Assembly: GCA_035545995.1 (NCBI GenBank)
Contig: DASZXH010000081.1
Span: 582-64,581, forward strand
From: Verrucomicrobiia bacterium
GTDB taxonomy: Bacteria > Verrucomicrobiota > Verrucomicrobiia > Limisphaerales > UBA11358
DNA length: 64,000 nt
Direction of reading: 5' to 3'
The translations under genes and the position numbers were made by a program. The notes under the pieces are model-generated. The model was not told the DNA's origin. It ran no database searches and was given only the letters and a program-made list of their open reading frames with translations. This document shows positions 1-9,569 of the stretch, in pieces. Each line of letters opens with the position of its first letter. Position 1 is the first letter of the stretch.

Positions 1-2230
1 TCCGAGAGGTATCGGCCGTCAGAATTCCATTCCCTGCCTGCGACACGTCCCAGCGCAATTCCCCGGTATCGCTGGAAACGACATTCCCGGACGGACCTGG
101 AGGAGCCGTCAGCAAACCGGACGCGTTCGTCCCCACACTGGTGTCTATACGATTGGTGAAGGCCAAACTTGCTGAAACACCTAGGTAACTACTTGAGAAA
201 ATATTGTTAGCGCTTTTATTTATGAGCAAACCCAATTCCGTGTCAGGCGTCATTGCCATGGTAATCTCATTCATCGCCGGTTTCACATCATATCGTCGAA
301 AGAGATTGGCCGCTAATAGCAGGTTGGACAATTTAGTCGGGTGCTGACCAATGGAGAAATAGTCCTGAACATACCCCAAGGTCGTGACCGGGTCGCCATA
401 GCCATAGTCGAAAAGCCAGATCCCATCCCAATCTTGCAATCCCGCATAAGCTGCCAACATTAGCGGGCCTTCGCCTCCATAATAGTTTGGCGAAGAATGC
501 TCATACTCAGTGACTGTAAATGGTTTACCCTTAATCCGCATACGAGCAATATTCGCCAAAGTATTATCATCCCCTATCGTATTAACCATTGATATGTTCG
601 TCACGCTCCAATTCACCGGATCCCAAGGTGTGCCAGGAAACCGGGGATCTGCCCAGTAATCATGAGAGTCAATTACGTCCAACTGGCTCTGAACTGTCGC
701 CGGACTTTCTGAAACAATTGTGCCAATTATAAGACCTTGGTAACCTATGTTTGTCCGGATATAGCCAACCATGGTATTATAATAATTACTTTCAAGACTA
801 CGTAAAAAGCTTGCCCAATCGAGTTGCGCTGCCTGGTTCCCCGTATAACCACCAGTGGCCTGAAACGCTATGTTTGGCACGTTGCGGGCGGCCAACGAAG
901 TGCCCACAGGCAGCGCCTGCCCACCCGACTGCACTTGCACCGCAGCATACCAAAACGTGCCCACCTCGTTACCCATGGACCCAAAGTTGATCCTTGCATT
1001 GGTATCCGATGCACTGGGTTGGAACGTATTGGAAAAGAACTGCCAATTCGTTGTGAGATTGAGACCTTGATAGTATCCCAGCAATGAATAACTATCATGC
1101 GCCTGTTGCACTCCAGCACTTGCATTGGTGGCCGGACTAGATTTCGCCCAAAAAGACACCGTATAGATTTGGTTGGACGATAAACTCATTCCAGCACGAT
1201 TGAGTTGAACATACCATGAAACAGTATCTGCTGTGCTTACGACAACTTTTGCCGAGGGTTGGCCATTGGTGAAATCATGTGTGACTGAAAAGGTAGCTAT
1301 TGCATTTCCATGCTGCTCGGTTCCCCATCCCGTAAGGCCATTGCTGAAGTCTCCGTTGACAACAAGGTTCGTTCCAAGGGGCTGATTGGTCGCCAATCCC
1401 CATGCCGTCAGCATGGTTGCGTCGTTCGTATAGTGAGCCACCAGCCAGTCATTCCATTGCGCCTGCAAATTGGTAGTGTAACGCGCCGGCATACTGTCAA
1501 GCACACCCTCATGCCATTTTAGAAATAGCCCGTTTTCATTAACAATCTCCACGAATGCTACCGCTGGATCTTTGGCAAGTGGCAAGCCCGTATATCCATT
1601 GGTAGGGGAAAGTAGCTTGGTGGCATAGTCTTCCTGTAAGGCTAGTGCCGGCGCATAAAAAAAACCTAGCACATGGCTGTCGAGATAGTTCATGTTCGTG
1701 ACTTCCGGGCCCAAGCCATCTCCAGCTAGATATTCATGTCCCACCAGAAGATTGACATCTGAATAAATACCGTGGGCCTTAAGACGTGAAACGAGATAAT
1801 GCAAGCGGTCCAAGTTGGTCGAATTAAAATTGGTGCTGCTCCCTAAAGTATAATAGGATATCAAGCCGCCGCCATAGGCGTTAATGGCATCCATCTGATG
1901 TAGTCTAACACAGTTGACACCAAACTTGGCCAATCGCCCCGCCACACTGTCTGCATAGTTCGTTGGCGTAAAACTAGGAGAATCCCAGGCGAAATTCACC
2001 CCCAGAAAGCGAATGCGCTGGCCGTTCACGACAAAATGCGCATTTGTGTCCACCAAAACCCTATTAGTGCTAATCGGGGTGTTGAGAGATGAGAAATCAG
2101 TCACGCTTGAATTCGTATCGTTCCATGGCAAGACCCATGGAATTGTTTGGGCGTAAATCACTGACTGCCATGCTGCCAAGAGCAAAGACAAACAAGACAA
2201 CACTCCACCGAATGACCTTTGATATTTCAT
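1..2230 (-). CDS. Secreted clan GH-A (GH5-like) glycoside hydrolase with probable CBM4/9-like insert; runs off the window start
   Basis: Not in the ORF track (no stop in the window). Manual translation from ATG 2230: MKYQRSFGGVLSCLSLLLAAWQSVIYAQ (signal peptide)...GQRIRFLGVN...RLAKFGVNCVRLHQMD...KDPAVAFVEIVNENG (acid/base NE)...PFTVTEYEH (nucleophile)...AYAGLQDWDGIWLFDY. Confidence 0.8.
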   Translation of the reverse strand, partial: MKYQRSFGGVLSCLSLLLAAWQSVIYAQTIPWVLPWNDTNSSVTDFSSLNTPISTNRVLVDTNAHFVVNGQRIRFLGVNFAWDSPSFTPTNYADSVAGRLAKFGVNCVRLHQMDAINAYGGGLISYYTLGSSTNFNSTNLDRLHYLVSRLKAHGIYSDVNLLVGHEYLAGDGLGPEVTNMNYLDSHVLGFFYAPALALQEDYATKLLSPTNGYTGLPLAKDPAVAFVEIVNENGLFLKWHEGVLDSMPARYTTNLQAQWNDWLVAHYTNDATMLTAWGLATNQPLGTNLVVNGDFSNGLTGWGTEQHGNAIATFSVTHDFTNGQPSAKVVVSTADTVSWYVQLNRAGMSLSSNQIYTVSFWAKSSPATNASAGVQQAHDSYSLLGYYQGLNLTTNWQFFSNTFQPSASDTNARINFGSMGNEVGTFWYAAVQVQSGGQALPVGTSLAARNVPNIAFQATGGYTGNQAAQLDWASFLRSLESNYYNTMVGYIRTNIGYQGLIIGTIVSESPATVQSQLDVIDSHDYWADPRFPGTPWDPVNWSVTNISMVNTIGDDNTLANIARMRIKGKPFTVTEYEHSSPNYYGGEGPLMLAAYAGLQDWDGIWLFDYGYGDPVTTLGYVQDYFSIGQHPTKLSNLLLAANLFRRYDVKPAMNEITMAMTPDTELGLLINKSANNIFSSSYLGVSASLAFTNRIDTSVGTNASGLLTAPPGPSGNVVSSDTGELRWDVSQAGNGILTADTSR

Positions 2231-2576
2231 ATACTGTAAAGACATGTAATATCACGATGGCGCCTTACTTCAAACATGTATGCGTTTTACAGTAAAATGA
2301 ATTTAGTGGCTTTGGAAACCGATTAATTACGGCGATGCTTCCTTTAATGCAACCAATGACATTCCGATTACCGGAGTGACGCACATACCGTTGGTGAAGT
2401 CGGCCACAGTTGATTTCCTACGGTTTTGTGACCTATGACTGGTGGATATAGGTATGATGCCAATGACGCTTCATTCGTGGTGGATTTTTATCTTTTGCTA
2501 AGAAACGGGGTTTTCACCGTTCATTCCGCCGTCAATCCTTCTGGCTCGCGCAATTTAGAGTCACGATGAAATTAAT

Positions 2577-2963
2577 ATGAAACGCCTTACTAAAATTTTG
2601 AGCATTGTTGCAAAGCTGGTCATATTGACGGAATTACAGATTGCGGCGCAAAACTTCGACGCCGCTGGGCCGCTGGATTTTTTCACGGATGTAACTTCGC
2701 GGTTGTTGGTGTCGTAGTTGAATGTGGATTGGTTGTAGATTGAGATTTATCCTACCAATCAATACACGCCCGCTATTCATCGCCTATTGCAGGTCGCGGC
2801 CAACGTTTATGACGTTATAACGACCAATGTGTATCTGTCCGTCTTCTTCCCGATTTTCATGAATGACGGTGCGGCGGTTTTCGTCACCGATTGTGAACAG
2901 AGCGTGCCCGTAATCAACTGCGCCGATTCGCAACTGGTTTTGCCCGTGAATTTTGAGTATTAG
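2577..2963 (+). pseudogene. Decayed N-terminus of a secreted/surface protein, two in-frame TAG stops
   Basis: MKRLTKILSIVAKLVIL...PLDFFTDVTSRLLVS*LNVDWL*IEIYPTNQYTPAIHRLLQVAANVYD; the frame stays protein-like across both stops. Confidence 0.6.
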
Positions 2964-3159
2964 TGATAGTGCATACAAAGGGTGCGGCAATTTAGTTAGC
3001 GTTTCCATAGCCAATGGCGTCACTATTATTGGGGCACTGGCATTTTACCGCGGCGTCAAGCTAGGAAGCATTTTTATTCCCGATAGTGTGACGGTTTTGA
3101 GAAATGGTGCATTTAACGGTTGCACTAGCTTGACGAATGTTTATTGCCAAATGGATTGA
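2953..3159 (+). pseudogene. BspA-type leucine-rich repeat (LRR_5) fragment
   Basis: GCGNLVSVSIANGVTIIGALAF...SIFIPDSVTVLRNGAFNGCTSLTNV; only about 2.5 repeats. Confidence 0.7.
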
Positions 3160-3207
3160 TCTACATTGATGATGATTTTTTTGCTGTATGTAGTAATCTA
3201 GTTTCTA

Positions 3208-3771
3208 TTAAAAAAGATCGTGATAGTGAGTCGAAGTGGGGTGGGAAGGTTGGGAAGATGGAAGATAAATAGGTGTGATGTCCTTGCGCCATTGAATGAA
3301 TGCCTTGCCCAGCGTGGCGCGCAAGCGCGGCCAGCCCTTTTCCAATTCCACTTCATCAATGCACCTTGCGGTGCGACCACCATCAAACTCCTTGCGGGCA
3401 ATCTCCAGTAACTCGGCCAGATTCATTTCTGCGGGAGATTCACCGAGCAGATGGCCGTCGAGCACCAGTTCGGAGGCGTCGTTCTTTTCATGGAGATTGG
3501 CTTCCAGCCTGCGGTCAATGCTGCCCTCGCAAATGACCGACCAGACGTTGACCGGCCACGGCGAATTAAGTTTGAATTGGCAGGTCAACTGGCCGCGTTT
3601 GCTTTGGGACGTGCGGCCATCGAGCACCAGATGCCGGATACCGGCTTCGCGGAGTCGCGCGCTGATGACATCCAGTGAATCATTAAACGCGCCAAAGACG
3701 GTGGCCTGCTCGCCGCGTTCAAGCACTTGTTGAATCAAGGACAACACAGTGGCGACTTTGGGGATATACAA
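3208..3771 (-). pseudogene. SNF2-like helicase C-terminal fragment with apparent internal deletion
   Basis: PKVATVLSLIQQVLERGEQATVF...LVLDGRTSQSKR then jumps to PVNVWSVICEGSIDRR; motif V/VI segment and ATPase N-domain absent. Confidence 0.65.
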
Positions 3772-3943
3772 GTATTTGCTTCTAGGTGTTAGACCGCTGG
3801 GCTGAAAGTAACGACGTGTATTGTTACACGCTGGCTTATCAGTGGGCGTATTATTATCCCGGCCATGCCACGCTCTTTTTTGTCAAAGGGTCGCTGGCAC
3901 TTGTGGCGAATAAACGCCAACGCCGGAGGAAATGTCTGCAACC

Positions 3944-4272
3944 ATGAACGAACAGCAACATCGCATTTTAATGTTGTTGCGGCAGTTGCCCGCCCGCTTG
4001 ACGGCGGAACAAACGGCGTGGGTTTTGAATTGCCAGTCGCATGACATTCCCTGTCTGGTGACGGCGAGTTGTTGAAGCCGCTCGGCAATCCGCCATCCAA
4101 CGGCACTAAATTTTTTGCGACGTTGGATGTGCTGGAACAAATGAAAGACCGCAACTGGCTCGTGCGTGTCACGCTCACCATCAACCAGCATTGGCGCAAA
4201 CAAAACGCCAAACGCAAAGACCATTCTGTGAACGGGTCACAGAATGGTCTTGCGCCGGCAGAGGCCAATTAA
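3944..4272 (+). pseudogene. Frameshifted small excisionase/HTH-like mobile-element protein
   Basis: MNEQQHRILMLLRQLPARLTAEQTAWVLNCQSHDIPCLVTA, frameshift near 4066, continuing LLKPLGNPPSNGTKFFATLDVLEQMKDRNWL; stop overlaps the integrase-fragment stop. Confidence 0.55.
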
Positions 4273-4395
4273 CTTTTCACCACGACGGCATTGGCCGCCT
4301 GTTTCTTTTCGTATTCCTCCAATGTCGGCACAATGACGACGGCCTTTTTCGCGTAAGAGCGGTGAACGGCCTTGCTGTTATGTCCGAGCGCGGCC
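4269..4395 (-). pseudogene. C-terminal remnant of a tyrosine recombinase/integrase
   Basis: AALGHNSKAVHRSYAKKA fits the box II LGH...Y catalytic end; the rest of the gene is absent. Confidence 0.7.
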
Positions 4396-4665
4396 GTGCG
4401 CGAAGTGGAATCCGGTCGCACGCTCGAAGTGCCGAAACATCTGCGTGACATGCATTACAAAGGCGCAGAAAAACTCGGACACGGCGAAGGCTACAAATAC
4501 GCGCACGATTTTGAAGGCCATTACGTCCCGCAGGATTATCTCGGTGCGGACAAAAAATTTTACGAACCGACCGAACAAGGTGTGGAAAAGAAAATCAAGG
4601 ACCGGCTGGAAAATTGGCGGAAGCAAAAACAAGCGGCACTCGACAGCAAAGCAAAAAAAGAATAA
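4390..4665 (+). pseudogene. rarA: 3' fragment of replication-associated recombination protein RarA/MgsA
   Basis: EVPKHLRDMHYKGAEKLGHGEGYKYAHDFEGHYVPQDYL...FYEPTEQGVEKKI is the MgsA C-terminal domain; AAA+ domain missing. Confidence 0.85.
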
Positions 4666-4696
4666 TTATCACAAACGATTGAAATCAATTTGCAAA

Positions 4697-5143
4697 ATGG
4701 CAAATAAAATTGAACACGAGAATTTTTTAGAAATCGTCCATGCGATTCGGACGCGCTTTCCAAATTTACAAACTGAACTTAAAACGGAAAATCTTCGAGT
4801 TATTGACGCCGAACTAACAATGCCAACGCAAAACGGACTTTCGTTTCCAATCAGCATATATCTTCAAAATGATGAACTCCATCTTCATGCTGGCAATTTT
4901 TGGTGTGAGTGGTTTCCTAGCCATAAACAAGAAGTTTGTGACAAATTTGTAGATATAGTTTGTGGATTGCTTTCTGGTTCTTACAGAGTTGTTGAATACC
5001 TACGATTTGGCTCCGTTTTGAAAACACAAATTCAAAAACCCGATGGAAGTAATTGGGAATTGGTAGCTTGGTCTTCAAGACCTCATATTCCTATTAGTTG
5101 GGGAATGCGCACAAAAATTATACAAAATATTAATTCCGTTTAG
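4697..5143 (+). CDS. Hypothetical protein (AT-rich, 148 aa)
   Basis: ATG 4697 shortly after the rarA stop; MANKIEHENFLEIV...; fills the gap before ygfA. Confidence 0.6.
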   Translation: MANKIEHENFLEIVHAIRTRFPNLQTELKTENLRVIDAELTMPTQNGLSFPISIYLQNDELHLHAGNFWCEWFPSHKQEVCDKFVDIVCGLLSGSYRVVEYLRFGSVLKTQIQKPDGSNWELVAWSSRPHIPISWGMRTKIIQNINSV

Positions 5144-5161
5144 GCTTTCTAAAAAATTCAG

Positions 5162-5740
5162 ATGATTTCTTCCGTTTCAAATTCCAAATCCGAGTTGCGC
5201 TTACAAATCCGTGAGCGGTTGAAAAACATTTCGCTGGCGGTGCGGACGGTGGAGTCCATGGAATTGTGCGCGCGGCTGGAACCGCAGTTGCGGAGCGCGC
5301 AGACAATTTTATTTTACGCGCCGCTGCCGGACGAATTGGATGTCTGGCCGTTGATGGAAAAATTATTGAAATCGAAAATCTGCGCCCTGCCCGCTTTTGA
5401 TTCCGCAACGCAAACTTACGTCGCACGCCGCGTGAAAAATCTGGAAACGGATATTGTCGAAGGCAAATTCAACGTGTCCGAGCCGTTGCCGGATTGCGAA
5501 AAAATTCCATTGAGCCAATTTCATTTGATTCTTGTTCCCGGACTGGCGTTTGATTCACATGGAAACCGGCTCGGTCGCGGCAAGGGTTTTTATGACCGGA
5601 TTTTATCGGAAGCGGACGGCGTGAAATGCGGCGTAGCTTATGATTTTCAGCTTTTGGAAAAAATTCCCGCTGAACCGCATGACGCGCCGGTGGATTTTAT
5701 TTTTACGCCGAAGAATTGCGTGACCGCGCAACTGAATTAA
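5162..5740 (+). CDS. ygfA: 5-formyltetrahydrofolate cyclo-ligase
   Basis: KSELR...ILVPGLAFDSHGNRLGRGKGFYDRIL...EPHDAPVD. Confidence 0.95.
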   Translation: MISSVSNSKSELRLQIRERLKNISLAVRTVESMELCARLEPQLRSAQTILFYAPLPDELDVWPLMEKLLKSKICALPAFDSATQTYVARRVKNLETDIVEGKFNVSEPLPDCEKIPLSQFHLILVPGLAFDSHGNRLGRGKGFYDRILSEADGVKCGVAYDFQLLEKIPAEPHDAPVDFIFTPKNCVTAQLN

Positions 5741-5913
5741 TAGTGTTGTTGCTGCGGATTTATCGGCATCCCACCACCGTATTCCCAGCCTTGCGGCGAA
5801 TCCCACGGACGGACAGAAGCGTTTTGCGCCTCATTTGTCCCACAACCGCTGACAGCCATAATCATCGCGGCAAACGCTAAAAGCAAAAGTATTCTGCCGG
5901 CGGAAATTTTCAT
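5737..5913 (-). CDS. Small lipoprotein (58 aa, below ORF-track cutoff)
   Basis: MKISAGRILLLLAFAAMIMAVSGCGTNEAQNASVRPWDSPQGWEYGGGMPINPQQQHY*; lipobox VSGC; ATG 1 nt after the upstream gene's stop. Confidence 0.75.
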   Translation of the reverse strand: MKISAGRILLLLAFAAMIMAVSGCGTNEAQNASVRPWDSPQGWEYGGGMPINPQQQHY

Positions 5914-5914
5914 C

Positions 5915-6682
5915 TCAAGAAGCCGGATGCGCGGGCGTCACTTCGTCGCCTTCGATGACTTCACCCAATTGCCAGCCCGGCACGACGTTGGCGATGCTGC
6001 GATCCTTTTGCACGCTGCGGACGACGACTTTGGCGACCAATTTGCCGTCGCGGCTGACGAGCAATTCGCCATCTTCAAGCACGCCCTGCTCTTCGCCGAC
6101 GTTCAACACAACAAAATCCCATTTCGGGTCCACAACAAGAATTTTTCCTTTGAGGTCGGCGCGCAATTTGACATCTGTTTCCGGCCCTTCATATTTTGCC
6201 AGTCGAGTTTGCAAATGGCTGACGGTGCGCTGTAAAACCAATTTTTCTTCGTTGGCAACATCGAGCGCGTTTTGCGCGTCTTTGAGATTTTTATTCAAAC
6301 TGCTGATTTGATCGGGGCGCAAACCTGTGGCCTGAAAAGCGGCAAGGTCATTTCGCGCGTCGTCGCGTTCCTGCGTGGTCTTGGCCAGCTTGTCGGACAA
6401 ATCGTTCGCGCGTTTGGTTTGCGCCTGTGATTCGGCCACCGCCTTGTCCCGCTCGGTTTGCGTGTCGGCCAATTCCTGTTGCGTCTGCTTGAGCGTGTCC
6501 TGCGTCTTGGCCAATTCCTTTTTGGTATTGCTTAAATCCGTCCGCGCCTGATCGCGCTCGGAATGATAACCGTCGCGTTGCGTGATCAACGTGTTAATTT
6601 TATCGCGAACCTGAAGGACGTTCAGCGCGCCTGCGGCCAATGCCGCGACGATGGCGACAATCAAACTGATGCGAATCAACAT
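5915..6682 (-). CDS. Membrane-anchored coiled-coil protein with C-terminal beta domain
   Basis: N-terminal TM, long heptad-rich helix, C-terminal VVDPKWDFVVLNVG. Confidence 0.8.
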   Translation of the reverse strand: MLIRISLIVAIVAALAAGALNVLQVRDKINTLITQRDGYHSERDQARTDLSNTKKELAKTQDTLKQTQQELADTQTERDKAVAESQAQTKRANDLSDKLAKTTQERDDARNDLAAFQATGLRPDQISSLNKNLKDAQNALDVANEEKLVLQRTVSHLQTRLAKYEGPETDVKLRADLKGKILVVDPKWDFVVLNVGEEQGVLEDGELLVSRDGKLVAKVVVRSVQKDRSIANVVPGWQLGEVIEGDEVTPAHPAS

Positions 6683-6753
6683 GGTTTGGTTTGTTACTTT
6701 CAAAAGAGATTAACATTTGCGCCGGAAGTGTCAACGTTGTTTCCGCTTTGCAA

Positions 6754-7959
6754 ATGAACAATTTTATCCATCCTGCGCGTGTGAAATTGAGCCGGAATCT
6801 GCACCTCGCCTATTGCACCAACATTCATCGCGGCGAAACGTGGGCGGAAACCTTTGATTCGCTCAGAAAGTATGCACTGGCCGTGCGCGAAAAAGTTTGC
6901 CCGCGCGATGAATTTGCCATCGGCCTGCGCTTAAGCCATCAAGCCGCGATGGAATTGTCCGATGCAAAAACACTTCTGCAATTCCAAAAATGGCTCGAAA
7001 AAAATGCCTGTTACATTTTCACCATCAACGGATTTCCGTTCGGCAATTTTCACGGTGCGCGCGTGAAAGAAAAGGTTTACGCGCCCGACTGGACTTCGCC
7101 GGAACGATTGGATTACACGAATCTGCTTTTCGATTTGCTCGCGCAACTTGTTCCGGCGGGAATTGAAGGCAGCGTCAGCACCGTGCCCGGCTCGTTCAAG
7201 GAATTCATTTCGTCGCGCGAACAGGAAATCGAAATCCGCAAAAATCTTTTCCGTTGCGTCGAACACATTGCGCGTTTGAGCGAAAAATCAAAACGCAAAT
7301 TACATCTCGGTCTCGAACCCGAACCGCTTTGCCTTTTGGAAAATTCCGCCGGGACGATGGTTTTCTTCGAGCAAATTCGCGCCGAATATAAAAACGATTC
7401 GCGACTCGCTGAATTTCTCGGCGTGAATTACGACTGTTGCCATTTCGCCGTGGAATTTGAAGAATCGCAAAATGCTTTGATTGCTTTCCAAAAGGCCGGA
7501 ATCAAAATCAGCAAAATCCATTTGAGTTCCGCATTGAAAACCAAACCGACCGATGATGCGTTCGCCATCCTCAAAAAATTTTCTGACGACGTTTATCTGC
7601 ATCAAGTCATCGCGCGTGGCGAAAGCGGCACACTAAAAATTTTCCGCGATTTGCCGGACGCTTTGACGGCTTCAAATTCGCAATCCGCAGTCCGCAATCT
7701 GCAATTGGAAGAATGGCGCGTCCATTTCCATGTGCCTTTACACGCGCCGACCGTGCCACCATTGCAAAACACCAACGACCATTTGCTCGGCGCTCTGGAT
7801 TGGCTGGCGAAAAATCCGGCGCTCTGTTCGCATCTGGAAATGGAGACTTACACGTGGGAAGTGTTGCCGCCGGAATTGCGGACATGCAGCGTCATTGACC
7901 AACTTGCGGCGGAATACGAATGGACTTTGGCGCGCCTGAAAGAACGCAAACTGGTCTGA
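6754..7959 (+). CDS. eboE: Metabolite traffic protein EboE (xylose-isomerase-like TIM barrel)
   Basis: HLAYCTNIH, FTINGFPFGNFH...VKEKVYAPDW, LGLEPEP, DCCHFAVEFE, YLHQV, WRVHFHVPL, HLEMETYTW. Confidence 0.92.
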   Translation: MNNFIHPARVKLSRNLHLAYCTNIHRGETWAETFDSLRKYALAVREKVCPRDEFAIGLRLSHQAAMELSDAKTLLQFQKWLEKNACYIFTINGFPFGNFHGARVKEKVYAPDWTSPERLDYTNLLFDLLAQLVPAGIEGSVSTVPGSFKEFISSREQEIEIRKNLFRCVEHIARLSEKSKRKLHLGLEPEPLCLLENSAGTMVFFEQIRAEYKNDSRLAEFLGVNYDCCHFAVEFEESQNALIAFQKAGIKISKIHLSSALKTKPTDDAFAILKKFSDDVYLHQVIARGESGTLKIFRDLPDALTASNSQSAVRNLQLEEWRVHFHVPLHAPTVPPLQNTNDHLLGALDWLAKNPALCSHLEMETYTWEVLPPELRTCSVIDQLAAEYEWTLARLKERKLV

Positions 7960-8111
7960 TTTGCTGCCTTTGCTAAAAAGAAATCGTCCTGCATCTTCCG
8001 GTAAAAAAATATGCTGGACAACAACCTTACGACAAGCGCAACGTTGTCTCGTAACTAAAGATAGGCCACAAAATCTAATATCTAGTAAAGGTTAGGCCAC
8101 TTGACACACTT

Positions 8112-8615
8112 ATGACATTAGACCAGTTCTGGAACATTGTTCAAAAGGTTCACCGCGATTCCGGCGGTGACATGGACAAGAAGTGCGAGCTACTCGACGC
8201 GGAGTTACGTCGCTTGTCGCTCGACGAGGTGCATTCGTTTCATAGGCACTTCGATGAGTGCAAAGATCGAGCTTACAGTTGGGAGCTTTGGGCAGCAGCA
8301 TACATCATAGGCGGCGGTTGTTCCGACGACGCTTTCTCGGATTTTCGTGCCACGCTCATTTCGATGGGCCGGCAGACATTCGAGCAGGCACTTGCCAATC
8401 CGCAGTCGCTTGCAGATATAGATTATGACGCGGAGATTGCGCACTACGAGGGCTACCAGTATGTTCCCACCACAGTTGAGACGGAACTTGGTGACGGTAA
8501 GCGTTTTCCTCGTTACCAAGCTCACCCGGCGGAGCCATCCGGCAAGTCTTGGGACGAGGACAAGGTTGCAGAGCTTTACCCGAAGTTGGCAGAAAAATAT
8601 GACTATTCAGGTTGA
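8112..8615 (+). CDS. DUF4240-family protein, cassette-like insertion
   Basis: MTLDQFWNIV...WELWAAAYIIGGGCSDDAFSDFRATLISMG...YPKL; bounded by GTTAGGCCAC (8091) and GTGGCCTAAC (8619). Confidence 0.85.
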   Translation: MTLDQFWNIVQKVHRDSGGDMDKKCELLDAELRRLSLDEVHSFHRHFDECKDRAYSWELWAAAYIIGGGCSDDAFSDFRATLISMGRQTFEQALANPQSLADIDYDAEIAHYEGYQYVPTTVETELGDGKRFPRYQAHPAEPSGKSWDEDKVAELYPKLAEKYDYSG

Positions 8616-8708
8616 GACGTGGCCTAACACCTAGATAGGCTGCAAAGTACAATAGCCTGATTCAAACTTTCTTTTCAGACGCAATCATTTTTGTTTTCCT
8701 TCGCGTGG

Positions 8709-9566
8709 ATGAATCAAACATTTCGCACACTGCTGATTCTTGGCCGCGTTTCCAATTTGCCGACAGTTTGGACAAATTGCCTCGCAGGCTGGTGGCTTTC
8801 GGGTGGCGGCAATGTTTGGAAATTGCCGCTGTTGCTTTCCGGCACGAGTTTTCTTTACGTCAGCGGCATGTTCTTGAACGACGCATTTGACGCGGAATTT
8901 GACCGGCAACGCCGCGCGTCTCGGCCAATTCCTTCGGGCGCGATTTCTTTGGACGCCGTCTGGCGGTTTGGCTGGGCTTGGATGGCATTGGGAATTTTGT
9001 GCCTGCTGTTTCTTGGAAAAATCGCGGCGGCTCTGGCCGTCGCGCTGGCGGCAAACATTCTGATTTACAATGTGACGCACAAATATATCACCGCGTCGCC
9101 GTGGTTGATGGGTTTGTGCCGTTTCTGGGTTTATGTCATCGCCGGAACGACGGGCGCGGGCGGCTTGAACGGCTGGCCGGTCTGGTGCGGCCTCGCGCTG
9201 GCATTATACATCGTCGGCTTGAGTTACGTCGCGCGCCGGGAAAGTTTTCGCGGGCCGATTCCTCATTGGCCGCTGATTTTTCTGGCCGCGCCGGTTCTCT
9301 GGGCGATGTTGATGAACACCGAGGAATATCGCATCCCGGCCATCTGGCTTTCGTTGATTTTGGTTTTATGGATTGCGTTTTGCACCCGGCAAATTTTTCA
9401 GGCCGGTGAAATCAACGTCGGCAGAATCGTTTCCGGTCTGCTGGCGGGAATTGTTTTCGTGGATTGGCTGGCGGTCGCACCGGTCAGTCCGGAGGGACTG
9501 AATTTCGCTTTTCTGATTTTATTCGGCGCGACGATTTTGCTGCAACGTTTTGTGCCGGCGACTTGA
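8709..9566 (+). CDS. eboC: UbiA-family prenyltransferase (EboC-like)
   Basis: GRVSNLPTVW, GMFLNDAFDAEFD...RPIPSG, multiple TMs, near eboE. Confidence 0.85.
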   Translation: MNQTFRTLLILGRVSNLPTVWTNCLAGWWLSGGGNVWKLPLLLSGTSFLYVSGMFLNDAFDAEFDRQRRASRPIPSGAISLDAVWRFGWAWMALGILCLLFLGKIAAALAVALAANILIYNVTHKYITASPWLMGLCRFWVYVIAGTTGAGGLNGWPVWCGLALALYIVGLSYVARRESFRGPIPHWPLIFLAAPVLWAMLMNTEEYRIPAIWLSLILVLWIAFCTRQIFQAGEINVGRIVSGLLAGIVFVDWLAVAPVSPEGLNFAFLILFGATILLQRFVPAT

Positions 9567-9569
9567 AAA

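Noticed and set aside
2715..2740. TAG recoding suggested by in-frame TAGs here and in the porin
   Set aside because: The implied residues differ (probably Gln versus Trp), and the region is full of other decay
5127..5150. TTTAGGCT after the 4697-5143 ORF, and GCCTAAT at 19889-19895, as further 25-bp sites
   Set aside because: Single-arm matches only, compatible with chance
5741..5910. Possible 6S RNA next to ygfA
   Set aside because: The interval is explained by a small lipoprotein ORF, and 6S normally lies upstream of ygfA
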